A DNA stretch of 64,000 nucleotides from positions 1-64,000 of IMG/VR virus record IMGVR_UViG_3300037851_000431. One strand, 5' to 3'. The notes beneath the pieces were generated by a model. The model was given only the letters and a program-made list of their open reading frames with translations, was not told the origin of the DNA and did not search any database. The position numbers and the translations under genes were made by a program. Source of the stretch: a virus. Positions 9,237-17,616 of this stretch are shown here, piece by piece (position 1 is the first letter of the stretch; every line of letters begins with the position of its first letter).

Positions 9237-9368
9237 TGGGGTAGTGACTACTACAGTTACTTCTATTCACCATACTTATGAATTGTAGTGAAATGGTATC
9301 ACGCTTGGCCTTTAACCAAGAGTTACGGTTCGATTCCGGTAATGTCTGTAGTAAAATTTCTCTCCCCA
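9237..9368 (+). ncRNA. Y-RNA-like element 3 carrying a permuted tRNA-Lys(TTT)-like module
   Basis: TGGGG/CCCCA, TAGTG, TACTACAG/CTGTAGTA, TACTTC. Payload order: acceptor 3' strand plus CCA, acceptor 5' strand, D, anticodon, T. Confidence 0.78.
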
Positions 9369-9391
9369 TCTTCTCTAAAAGAAGGTAATTA

Positions 9392-9607
9392 ATGAAAAAA
9401 TTAGATATATTTTTGATAATAGGTATTATGATACTAATTGCTATAGTTGTAGCATTAGTAGGTGGAATAATATTCACATTTTTATGGAATTTAGTTATTC
9501 CTGTAGCATTTAATGGACCAACACTTTCCCTTATAGAAGGAACAGCTTTAATGCTATTGATTCAATTAGTTTTAGCTCCATTAAGTGTTTCAGTTAAAAC
9601 AAGGTAG
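9392..9607 (+). CDS. small two-helix membrane protein
   Basis: Hydrophobic 71 aa ORF with RBS; its TAG stop is the TAG of element 4's TAGTG. Confidence 0.65.
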   Translation: MKKLDIFLIIGIMILIAIVVALVGGIIFTFLWNLVIPVAFNGPTLSLIEGTALMLLIQLVLAPLSVSVKTR

Positions 9608-9694
9608 TGTAGTTATTGGATACTTCGGTGGGTTTGAACCCACGGGTCTTGGTGGAGACTTTTATACGTTCCAATAACGACTCCCCCTCCTTGT
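9599..9694 (+). ncRNA. Y-RNA-like element 4 (T-arm plus closed acceptor-like minihelix)
   Basis: ACAAGG/CCTTGT, TAGTG, GTTATTGGA/TCCAATAAC, TACTTC; two payload hairpins. Confidence 0.72.
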
Positions 9695-9709
9695 ATTTAT
9701 TAAAGTTAA

Positions 9710-9846
9710 TTAGAGTAGTGTTAGTATCAGTTACTTCGGTAAAGCACAAAACATTGAATTTTGAGATTGTAAGTTCGACTCTTACCCTCCCTACTCAGTT
9801 TGGGAGGAAGCTATAAAAACGCTGATACGCCCGTTACCCTCTCTAA
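9710..9846 (+). ncRNA. Y-RNA-like element 5 carrying a permuted tRNA-Gln(TTG)-like module
   Basis: TTAGAG/CTCTAA, TAGTG, GTATCAG/CTGATAC, TACTTC; payload opened in the D loop. Confidence 0.8.
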
Positions 9847-9852
9847 ACTTAT

Positions 9853-9928
9853 TCCGGTGTAGCTCAATTGGTAGAGCGGTTGACTGTTAATCAACTGGTT
9901 GTAGGATCGTACCCTACCACCGGAGCCA
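9853..9928 (+). tRNA. tRNA-Asn(GTT)
   Basis: GTTGA-CTGTTAA-TCAAC, atypical T loop ATCGTAC, CCA. Confidence 0.9.
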
Positions 9929-9948
9929 TTTTTTATTTGGTGGTGTAT

Positions 9949-10200
9949 ATGTTAAGACATTCACGGGATATTACCCGATTTAATCGACAAAGATATATAC
10001 AAAAAAGAAAAAAGGCTTGGTGGGTAAGAAAAACCTTATGGAGAAAGCCGCTTGGTGAGGGTTATTTTAGTAAGTTTGATGTTAAATCGAAATCTAAATC
10101 GAAATTAAAAAGCTCACCCTTTCCACTGCCAGAACCTTACGATAGAGCAAAAGTAAGAGAAGAGACTGTTCGTGTATTAAAAGATTATAGTATGAGGTAA
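9949..10200 (+). CDS. small basic hypothetical protein
   Basis: ATG 9949 after a GGTGG RBS; K/R-rich. Confidence 0.55.
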   Translation: MLRHSRDITRFNRQRYIQKRKKAWWVRKTLWRKPLGEGYFSKFDVKSKSKSKLKSSPFPLPEPYDRAKVREETVRVLKDYSMR

Positions 10201-10204
10201 TCGT

Positions 10205-10278
10205 TCGGGGATCGTCTAATGGTAGGACGACTGACTTTGGATCAGTCTATCGAGGTTCAAATCCTTGTCCCCGAGCCA
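10205..10278 (+). tRNA. tRNA-Gln(TTG)
   Basis: ACTGA-CTTTGGA-TCAGT, U1-A72, CCA. Confidence 0.93.
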
Positions 10279-10287
10279 GTATATAAA

Positions 10288-10470
10288 ATGATAAAACTCA
10301 TTATTAAAAGAATTTTATATGGTATATTAGTCACTATTGGAATAGTGATTATTGTTATTTTAATTTCATTTATTCCTAATCTAATATTTATTATAGCAGT
10401 TATATTAATATTTTATGTTCTTGGTATGATAGTAGAGGATGAATTAAAAGAAAGAAAGAGTTTGAAATGA
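10288..10470 (+). CDS. small membrane protein
   Basis: Hydrophobic ORF after the tRNA; ATGA overlap with the next gene. Confidence 0.55.
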   Translation: MIKLIIKRILYGILVTIGIVIIVILISFIPNLIFIIAVILIFYVLGMIVEDELKERKSLK

Positions 10471-11150
10471 GTTTGACAATAGGAATACTTAGTTGGGGTC
10501 AACATAAAACTCTTCTTAACACACTCCAATCCTACAGTGACTGGGGTTTACTATATAAACCAGATGTTGAGTATTTAATCTTTTTCCAAGAGATTAATGA
10601 AAGAGATGAAGAAATAGCAAATCTTTATGGATTTGATTATTTTGGAATGGCTAATAATATAGGTATAGCGGGCGGTTATAGAAAATTAGTAGAGGCAACG
10701 ACTAGCGAACACTTTCTCTTTTTAGAGAATGATTGGGAGTTGCTTCGTTATCCTTGGGGGCAATTGTTAAGTGCCCAAACAGCCTTAGCTACAAGGGAGT
10801 TTGATGTAGTTAGGTTTAGGCACAGGACACAACCCGGAAATCCTCTATGGACCCGTCAATTTGCGGGAAATGAGATGAGTCGGCCTGAACACCTATTGGA
10901 TTGTATTCATTGGGTGGACGAGCCGACGCAATTTAGTCAAATTTATTATCTGGAACCTTTTTGGTATACGACTTCGCGCTATGCTAACTGGACTAACAAT
11001 CCTACTATGTTTAGAACAAAGTTTTTGGAAAAGTACATTTTACCTAGAATGGGCAGTCGAGATGTTGAATTAGATATACAACAATGGTGGCAGGAACAAA
11101 ACTTTTGGGTGGCTCAGGGAGAGGGATTATTTACGCATAATAGGTTGTGA
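10467..11150 (+). CDS. GT-A fold glycosyltransferase-like protein
   Basis: LTIGILS N-terminus, NNIGIAGG, FLFLENDW, WTNNP. Confidence 0.7.
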   Translation: MSLTIGILSWGQHKTLLNTLQSYSDWGLLYKPDVEYLIFFQEINERDEEIANLYGFDYFGMANNIGIAGGYRKLVEATTSEHFLFLENDWELLRYPWGQLLSAQTALATREFDVVRFRHRTQPGNPLWTRQFAGNEMSRPEHLLDCIHWVDEPTQFSQIYYLEPFWYTTSRYANWTNNPTMFRTKFLEKYILPRMGSRDVELDIQQWWQEQNFWVAQGEGLFTHNRL

Positions 11151-11154
11151 TACA

Positions 11155-12168
11155 ATGAAAATAGGATTCCTAAATAATCAGATAGATTATAGAGGAACGG
11201 GGAACGCGGTATTTGATTATGCTCATTATAATGAGGAGGTACTAAATAATAAATCATATATTATTTCGTTTAAAAACGGTTCTCATAATATAGAGCAGAT
11301 GAATCGCTGGGCTGAAAGGTTTGGAAAAATTTGGTTTCTGGAAGATGGTCTTCCAAATGAGATAGATGCTTTATACCATATTAAATATGGTACTAAAGAT
11401 ATAGATTTATCCTCCCAACTTCCTTATTGGGTACACGCGGTATTTGATGGCTCACAGCCGCATGGAAGCCGCTACGCTGTCATCTCGCCGTGGATGAGCG
11501 CCATTTATGATCGATCCTATGTTCCTCATATTGTTGCTCCACCTATCCCATCAAAAGATAATTATAAGCTATTAAGGCAAGTTTTAAATATCCCCTTAGA
11601 GGCTACGGTAATTGGAAGAATTGGGGGAGCAGATACTTTTGATATTTCTTTTATACGAGAAGTACTTATTGAATCGTTAGAGCAACGAGATAATCTTTAT
11701 TATCTATTTATAGGACCAGTAGATAATTTACCCAAACATGAACGAATAATTATTACAGAGTTAACTGTAGAACCTTATACTAAGGCAGCATACATTAATA
11801 TATGTAATGCAATGCTACATGCACGGGCACGGGGAGAAACCTTTGGACTTAGTTGTGCAGAGTTTGCTTATCAAGGATTACCTGTTATAACTTATTTGAA
11901 TTCTGCTGAAAAAGCACACCTTTTAGAATTAGAGTTACAACCCGCAGAGTGGTTTTATACCGATAAAGAAAGTTGCTTAAAAGCAGTTCTTTCGATAAAT
12001 TATTTAGATAAGGCTCTCATAAATTACGGTTATAACTATAATCCTGTAACTGTTATGGAAATTTTTAAAAAGGTATTTATTCGTGGGGAAGATTATAAAT
12101 TTGATCGGAGTGAACCACAGATAGGAAGATTAAATAACGATGCTAACATTTATTTGTGCGGTGTATAA
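11155..12168 (+). CDS. GT-B fold glycosyltransferase
   Basis: MKIGFL..RGTGNAVFDYA, IGRIGG, GETFGLSCAEF (E-x7-E). Confidence 0.8.
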   Translation: MKIGFLNNQIDYRGTGNAVFDYAHYNEEVLNNKSYIISFKNGSHNIEQMNRWAERFGKIWFLEDGLPNEIDALYHIKYGTKDIDLSSQLPYWVHAVFDGSQPHGSRYAVISPWMSAIYDRSYVPHIVAPPIPSKDNYKLLRQVLNIPLEATVIGRIGGADTFDISFIREVLIESLEQRDNLYYLFIGPVDNLPKHERIIITELTVEPYTKAAYINICNAMLHARARGETFGLSCAEFAYQGLPVITYLNSAEKAHLLELELQPAEWFYTDKESCLKAVLSINYLDKALINYGYNYNPVTVMEIFKKVFIRGEDYKFDRSEPQIGRLNNDANIYLCGV

Positions 12169-12772
12169 TGAAGCAAATGAAGTAGTTGATCTTGTAAATC
12201 ATGTTTATGATTATGTAGACAAACTTATTTTTTGTGATGATGGGAGTGATGATGACACCCCCCTATTAGTAGAAAATCTTGAGTGGCAAACTAAAAATAA
12301 AGTAACTTTACTTAGGATTAATCATACAGGACTTCCAGAAACAGTTAAAAATCGGGCGCTGGAATTGGCTGATGATGGATGGATACTTATGTTAGACGCT
12401 GATGAGCGTTTTGCTTCCGGTGTTCTGGATAAGATTCAAGCATGGTTAAACTCAGATGAATCTTCTGGTATGTCTTATGTATACTTTAACCAGTTTGAGA
12501 TAATTGATGGCGCTCATGTTAGGACTTTTCAGAAGTCAAAACTCTACAAAAAGAGTGCAATTACTTTTTCTACTACTATTCATGAGGATGATCGATTTAC
12601 AGGAGAGGGTATATTTAAAGAGGATTGGGTTGTCTTACATAGAAAGACTCGCAGCAAGCAAATTAACCGTGAAAAAGAGTATCTTGAAACCTACAAAAAA
12701 TTACTTGCGAATGGTAAAATAGATCAAGATCGGTATAACTGGCTAGTTGGATTGCATCATTACATCAAATAA
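12140..12772 (+). CDS. Glycosyltransferase family 2
   Basis: AVYNE, DDGSDDDT, WILMLDADE, IHE. Confidence 0.88.
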   Translation: MLTFICAVYNEANEVVDLVNHVYDYVDKLIFCDDGSDDDTPLLVENLEWQTKNKVTLLRINHTGLPETVKNRALELADDGWILMLDADERFASGVLDKIQAWLNSDESSGMSYVYFNQFEIIDGAHVRTFQKSKLYKKSAITFSTTIHEDDRFTGEGIFKEDWVVLHRKTRSKQINREKEYLETYKKLLANGKIDQDRYNWLVGLHHYIK

Positions 12773-12779
12773 ATTCGGG

Positions 12780-12809
12780 TTGAAACGCGCTCTGTCAATA
12801 TGGTATACT
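12780..12809 (+). promoter_or_regulatory. sigma70-type extended -10 promoter
   Basis: TTGAAA-N18-TATACT with TGn. Confidence 0.6.
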
Positions 12810-12897
12810 AGTGTCATGGACAGATGCGAACACAAGTCCGAATGGATCGGAGAGCGGAATGGAGAACGATACTGTAAAGTCTGTAGAGCAACCATCT

Positions 12898-13575
12898 ATG
12901 ATGAAGTCAATCCAAGTATTGGACAAGGGTTTCGTAAGGCTCGTCCAACACATGGGCGGGGACGAGATGGTAGCCCTCTCAGCAAGAGTAAGTAATGGGG
13001 TTTTTGAGTCTGTACCAACCAAGGATCAAAAACTTATCAATTATTTAGTAAAGCACCGTCATGGAACACCTTTCGAACATAGTGTATTTACATTTCATGT
13101 TAAAGTACCGCTGTTTGTTGCGAGAGAGTGGCAAAGACATAGGATAGGAAGTTATAACGAAATATCAGGAAGGTATGTTCAGTTTGAACCAGAGTTTTAT
13201 ATTCCTTCTACATTTAGAACCCCTGCTCAGGATAATAAGCAGGGATCGGTAATTTCTACTGATCAAATGGCAGCAGATTGGTTGGCGATTCAGGTAGAAA
13301 AGTGGGCAATTAAAGCTTATGACGAATATAAAGTACTTTTGAGTACTGGACTTGCTAAAGAGATGGCAAGAATGATCTTGCCCCTTAATCTTTATACTCA
13401 GTTTTATTGGACGGTAAATGCAAGATCGTTGATGAATTTTCTAGGTCTTCGTTGTGCGCTTGATGCACAATGGGAGATAAGAATGTATGCCCTAACAATT
13501 AGGGATGAGTATTTTGCAAAAATCATGCCCATGACGCATGGAGCGTGGATGTTAAATGGTGGGATAGTCCCATAG
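12898..13575 (+). CDS. thyX: Flavin-dependent thymidylate synthase
   Basis: GFVRLV, SARVS, HGTPFEH, RHRIGSYNEISGRY, KEMARMILP, AQWEIR. Start most likely ATG 12898 or 12901. Confidence 0.95.
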   Translation: MMKSIQVLDKGFVRLVQHMGGDEMVALSARVSNGVFESVPTKDQKLINYLVKHRHGTPFEHSVFTFHVKVPLFVAREWQRHRIGSYNEISGRYVQFEPEFYIPSTFRTPAQDNKQGSVISTDQMAADWLAIQVEKWAIKAYDEYKVLLSTGLAKEMARMILPLNLYTQFYWTVNARSLMNFLGLRCALDAQWEIRMYALTIRDEYFAKIMPMTHGAWMLNGGIVP

Positions 13576-13649
13576 CCGGATTGTTGTAATGGTTAGCGAT
13601 CTTCGTTTACACCGAAGCAGAAGAGGTTCGATTCCTCTATTCGGCACCA
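13575..13649 (+). tRNA. tRNA-Val(TAC)
   Basis: CTTCG-TTTACAC-CGAAG, CCA. Confidence 0.88.
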
Positions 13650-13793
13650 GATAAGTAGCGACTCCTGACGGTTGAAACATCCCGAAGGGATAGCAGCTAT
13701 TTTATAGCAGTGGAAATGGCGGCATGATGGCTACATCTGTGGAGCGCCATATGAGAGATAACGGGGCAAGGCTCTCTAAAAGGGGTGATTTAA

Positions 13794-13922
13794 GTGTTTG
13801 CGCCCAAAAAGCTTTTGTTATCTGTGTTAAAGAGGAGAGGGAAGAAAATTTGGTTTACTCTAGTGGAGATAAAAGAACCGGACCAAATAGATAAGGAAGT
13901 CTACAAAATAGCGAAGGGCTAG
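13794..13922 (+). CDS. small hypothetical protein (42 aa, not in ORF track)
   Basis: GTG start after AGGGGTGA RBS; MFAPKKLLLSVLKRRGKKIWF... Confidence 0.4.
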   Translation: MFAPKKLLLSVLKRRGKKIWFTLVEIKEPDQIDKEVYKIAKG

Positions 13923-13930
13923 ATAGATAT

Positions 13931-14007
13931 GGCCCCTGAGCCATCCGGTTGTAGGCGGCGGTCTTATAAACCGCTACAGGTAGGTTCGACTCCTACAGGG
14001 GCTACCA
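13931..14007 (+). tRNA. tRNA-Ile(TAT)
   Basis: GCGGT-CTTATAA-ACCGC, A73, CCA. Confidence 0.88.
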
Positions 14008-14013
14008 TTTAAG

Positions 14014-14268
14014 GTGGCGAGTGCCGTGCAAAGAAGCACAATAGGAGAAGTATGGGATGACATAAGGGAGATATTTCATCCAGTTTGGAGTGAAGCTATG
14101 AGGAAAGAAGAGGAAAAAAAGAATCCCGAGATGGAGGTTCGTTACAACAAATATAAGGAACCTCCTCGCTGCAAGAAATGTGGCAGACCCTCCGCGTTAA
14201 TAGAAACAGAGGTCGGGAAAATAACTTGGTGGTGTTTTTATTGTGACTCTCCACGGTTGGGGATGTAA
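14014..14268 (+). CDS. small zinc-ribbon protein
   Basis: CKKC...CFYC. Confidence 0.5.
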   Translation: MASAVQRSTIGEVWDDIREIFHPVWSEAMRKEEEKKNPEMEVRYNKYKEPPRCKKCGRPSALIETEVGKITWWCFYCDSPRLGM

Positions 14269-14270
14269 TA

Positions 14271-14717
14271 ATGAGAGTAGTTTATACAGGTGGAACATTC
14301 GATCTTTTTCACTCAGGCCATGTAAATTTCTTGCGACAATGTAAAGAAATTGCGGGGAAAGACGATGGTTGGGTTGTAGTAAGTTTGAATACAGATGAGT
14401 TTATAAAAGAGTTTAAGGGTAAGCCACCAGTTTATTCTTATAATGAACGAAAAAAAATACTTGAATCATGTAAATACGTTGATCAGGTAATTAAAAATAC
14501 GGGTGGAAAAGATTCTAAAGTAGCTATAGAAGATTATAGGCAATGGACAACCTTAAATTATATAGTTATCGGTAGCGATTGGGCCAATAAGGATTATTAT
14601 GCTCAAATGGGATTCACTCAAGACTGGTTAGATGCTAGAAATATTGTACTTATCTATGTTCCTTATACAAAAGGTATCTCAACAACAGAATTAAAGAAAA
14701 GAATTCAGGATTACTAG
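14271..14717 (+). CDS. Cytidylyltransferase (TagD/RfaE-like)
   Basis: VYTGGTFDLFHSGH, VIGSDW, YTKGISTT. Confidence 0.9.
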   Translation: MRVVYTGGTFDLFHSGHVNFLRQCKEIAGKDDGWVVVSLNTDEFIKEFKGKPPVYSYNERKKILESCKYVDQVIKNTGGKDSKVAIEDYRQWTTLNYIVIGSDWANKDYYAQMGFTQDWLDARNIVLIYVPYTKGISTTELKKRIQDY

Positions 14718-14791
14718 CCGTCGTAACTCAATGGTAGAGTAGCGGTTTTGTAAACCGCCTGTTGGGGGTTCAAGTCCCTTCGACGGCTCCA
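14717..14791 (+). tRNA. tRNA-Thr(TGT)
   Basis: GCGGT-TTTGTAA-ACCGC, CCA. Confidence 0.94.
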
Positions 14792-14804
14792 TATTCAAAA
14801 GGTT

Positions 14805-14837
14805 AAAGCACCTAATAACATAGGTGCTTTTTATTTT
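14805..14837 (+). terminator. intrinsic terminator
   Basis: AAAGCACCTA-ataaca-TAGGTGCTTT followed by a T tract. Confidence 0.7.
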
Positions 14838-14897
14838 GCCTGAAAGTAATTCAATACTGGTTGGCAATAAAATATATACTTTCAGGAGTGTGAAACT

Positions 14898-15461
14898 ATG
14901 GCAGCAACATTCAGTTGGGTCCAATATACAGGATCAGGCGCAAACTCAACTACACCGGGAGGATCAGGATTAACTGGCACTTCTTCAGCGGCAGCAATGT
15001 CTTGGGACTTTGAAACAGCCGACAGTACAGGAACACAGTCTTATACTGCTAACCCTGTCAGTGCTGGATCAGCATCTTATCCAGTATGGCTAAAAGGGTA
15101 TTTTACAAACAGTACTCAGTATACAATTACGAATGTAAAGTTTTGGCAGTTCGTTCCCGCTAACTCATCTGCTAACACCGCTACATTCACGATTTATGGT
15201 ACTACTAATGCACAGTATTCAATAGCAACAGGAACAGCTACCGGAACAAACTATGCAAGCAATGTTACAGTTGCAACAAACGGTACAAACTCAACAGCTT
15301 CTCCTGCTGGCGCATTAACAAATATTGCGGGCTTCGCAACCAACGCAGCAGCAACAGGAACCTTGGGAAGTTACATCTGCTTGCAGCTAAGTGCTGGAAC
15401 AGGTGCCCCAGCAGGAACATCAGGATACTTTGGATTTACTCTTCAGTATGACGAACAGTAA
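14898..15461 (+). CDS. putative virion structural protein (S/T/A/G-rich beta protein)
   Basis: Composition, C-terminal FTLQYDEQ and strong RBS. Confidence 0.55.
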   Translation: MAATFSWVQYTGSGANSTTPGGSGLTGTSSAAAMSWDFETADSTGTQSYTANPVSAGSASYPVWLKGYFTNSTQYTITNVKFWQFVPANSSANTATFTIYGTTNAQYSIATGTATGTNYASNVTVATNGTNSTASPAGALTNIAGFATNAAATGTLGSYICLQLSAGTGAPAGTSGYFGFTLQYDEQ

Positions 15462-15463
15462 GG

Positions 15464-15493
15464 TTGACTTATAATGGCAACAGGTGTTAAAAT
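15464..15493 (+). promoter_or_regulatory. sigma70-type extended -10 promoter
   Basis: TTGACT-N18-TAAAAT with TGn. Confidence 0.5.
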
Positions 15494-15598
15494 AAAGGCG
15501 CAACCAAAGAGTATTACTTTGGCTGGATGCGGGGGGAGAGGGAAAAAGAAGAAGTAACCTGAATTAGACAAAGGTGGTGAAAGATTGGATAAATCTAA

Positions 15599-16102
<504 letters not shown>

Positions 16103-16122
16103 GATTAGAAAAAGGAGAAGGT

Positions 16123-17616
16123 ATGGCAGTAAAAGGAGCTAATGTAATTATAGGTATACCATCTTTTGGAATGGTATCTACCTACTTTTTACAGTCTAGA
16201 GCATCGCAACAGTTTCCACTTGTTTCAAGTTCGTTTGATAAAATTGTATTAAATAAACCTATTGCTGATGCTAGAAATGAAATCGTGGAATTTGCATTGT
16301 CACAGGGCGCAAATTACATCTTCTGGTTAGATGATGATGTAATTGCGCCCGGTGACGCCTTCCTAAAGTTATATCGACATAATAAAGATATAATTAATGG
16401 AGTATACTGGTCTAAGTCTAATCCACCTATGCCGCTGCTTTTTCGCGGGCATTTAAGTGGTCCATATTGGGATTGGCATTTTGGCGATCTAATTGAGATT
16501 GACGCAGCCGGTAATGGTTTAACTTTAGTTAAAACAGATGTTTATAGAAAAATTGGAGAACCTTGGTATTCTGTTAATTACCACTCCTTCCCCGGAGTAA
16601 CAGAAGGAATGCCTTCAAGTAATACCGAAGATTTATATTTTTATTGGAAAGCTAAGAAAGCGGGATATAAGGTTTGGGCAGATACGACTATTCAAGCTTT
16701 CCATTATGATAAAAACTCTAACATGTTTTATGGAATGCCCGCAAATGCTCCTCAGGCTCACCCCGGCTGGGAAATTTTACCGCAGGGAGAGAAACTAATA
16801 GCAGATTATGGATCAGGATCAGGCTCAATTTATTTAAGGGACGAAGGAAAAGTAGTTTCCTTTGATATAAGAGAAGAAGTAAATCCAACCGTTGTTTGTG
16901 ATATAAGACGATTACCTGTTCCAGATCAAACTTTTGATATAGTATTTAGTTCACACACCTTGGAACATTTTGGATTCAATGATGTTCAAAATGTTCTTAA
17001 AGAATGGGTAAGGACTCTTAAAGTTGGTGGAGAGCTAAGATTAGTTGTTCCTAATCTACGTCATGTTGGATATAGGTTAGTAACAGATACAATGACACAT
17101 ACAGATATGTTTGTAATGTATGGAGAGCAGGATTATCCTAAAAATTTTCATGCCGCAGGATTTACACCTAATACATTAAGATCATTAGTTGAAAGTTTAA
17201 AATGTTTTGAGAATATAGAAATAGCAGAAGCAGACGTTTTTGGGCCTCCTAATGCAGATAATTGGAGTCTACAACTCCGAGCAATAAAAGTTAAGCATCC
17301 TGTTTTAGATAATATAGCACCGGACGACCTTGAACCAGCACCCACTTCTGGAAGTATGTGGGCAATACCAATCTATCCAGAAACAACTGAACGTCCTATG
17401 ACTCAAGAAGAAGTTTTAGCAGATATGGAAAAAGCGGCAGATAATAAAGAACCACCAAAATTTAATTTCTTTGGACCGCCTGAAGAACGGATTTGGAAAC
17501 GAGAGGAAAAAGTGGAGGATCAAAATGGGTTGGACAGCAATAAAGAAGTCGGGGGAAGTACTGAGGGAGGAAACCCACGGAAGACCAGTACAAGAAGGCG
17601 AAGAGGGACAACTTAA
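16123..17616 (+). CDS. GT2-like glycosyltransferase fused to a class I methyltransferase
   Basis: N-half ARN, FWLDDD, TEDLYF. C-half DYGSG, DIRRLP, FSSHTLEHF, LKVGGELRLVVP. Confidence 0.85.
   Translation: MAVKGANVIIGIPSFGMVSTYFLQSRASQQFPLVSSSFDKIVLNKPIADARNEIVEFALSQGANYIFWLDDDVIAPGDAFLKLYRHNKDIINGVYWSKSNPPMPLLFRGHLSGPYWDWHFGDLIEIDAAGNGLTLVKTDVYRKIGEPWYSVNYHSFPGVTEGMPSSNTEDLYFYWKAKKAGYKVWADTTIQAFHYDKNSNMFYGMPANAPQAHPGWEILPQGEKLIADYGSGSGSIYLRDEGKVVSFDIREEVNPTVVCDIRRLPVPDQTFDIVFSSHTLEHFGFNDVQNVLKEWVRTLKVGGELRLVVPNLRHVGYRLVTDTMTHTDMFVMYGEQDYPKNFHAAGFTPNTLRSLVESLKCFENIEIAEADVFGPPNADNWSLQLRAIKVKHPVLDNIAPDDLEPAPTSGSMWAIPIYPETTERPMTQEEVLADMEKAADNKEPPKFNFFGPPEERIWKREEKVEDQNGLDSNKEVGGSTEGGNPRKTSTRRRRGTT

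Noticed and set aside
9616-9816. 66-aa ORF, and 9181-9477 on the minus strand
   Set aside because: They run across ncRNA elements and tRNA with no protein features.
8925-9846. CRISPR array
   Set aside because: Units share only short motifs and covarying stems, not identical direct repeats; no cas genes in the window.
13650-13705. tRNA-associated theta (HDV-like) ribozyme
   Set aside because: P2, P3 and P4-like stems are present, but no P1 or P1.1 pairing could be built; kept only as a generic structured-RNA candidate.
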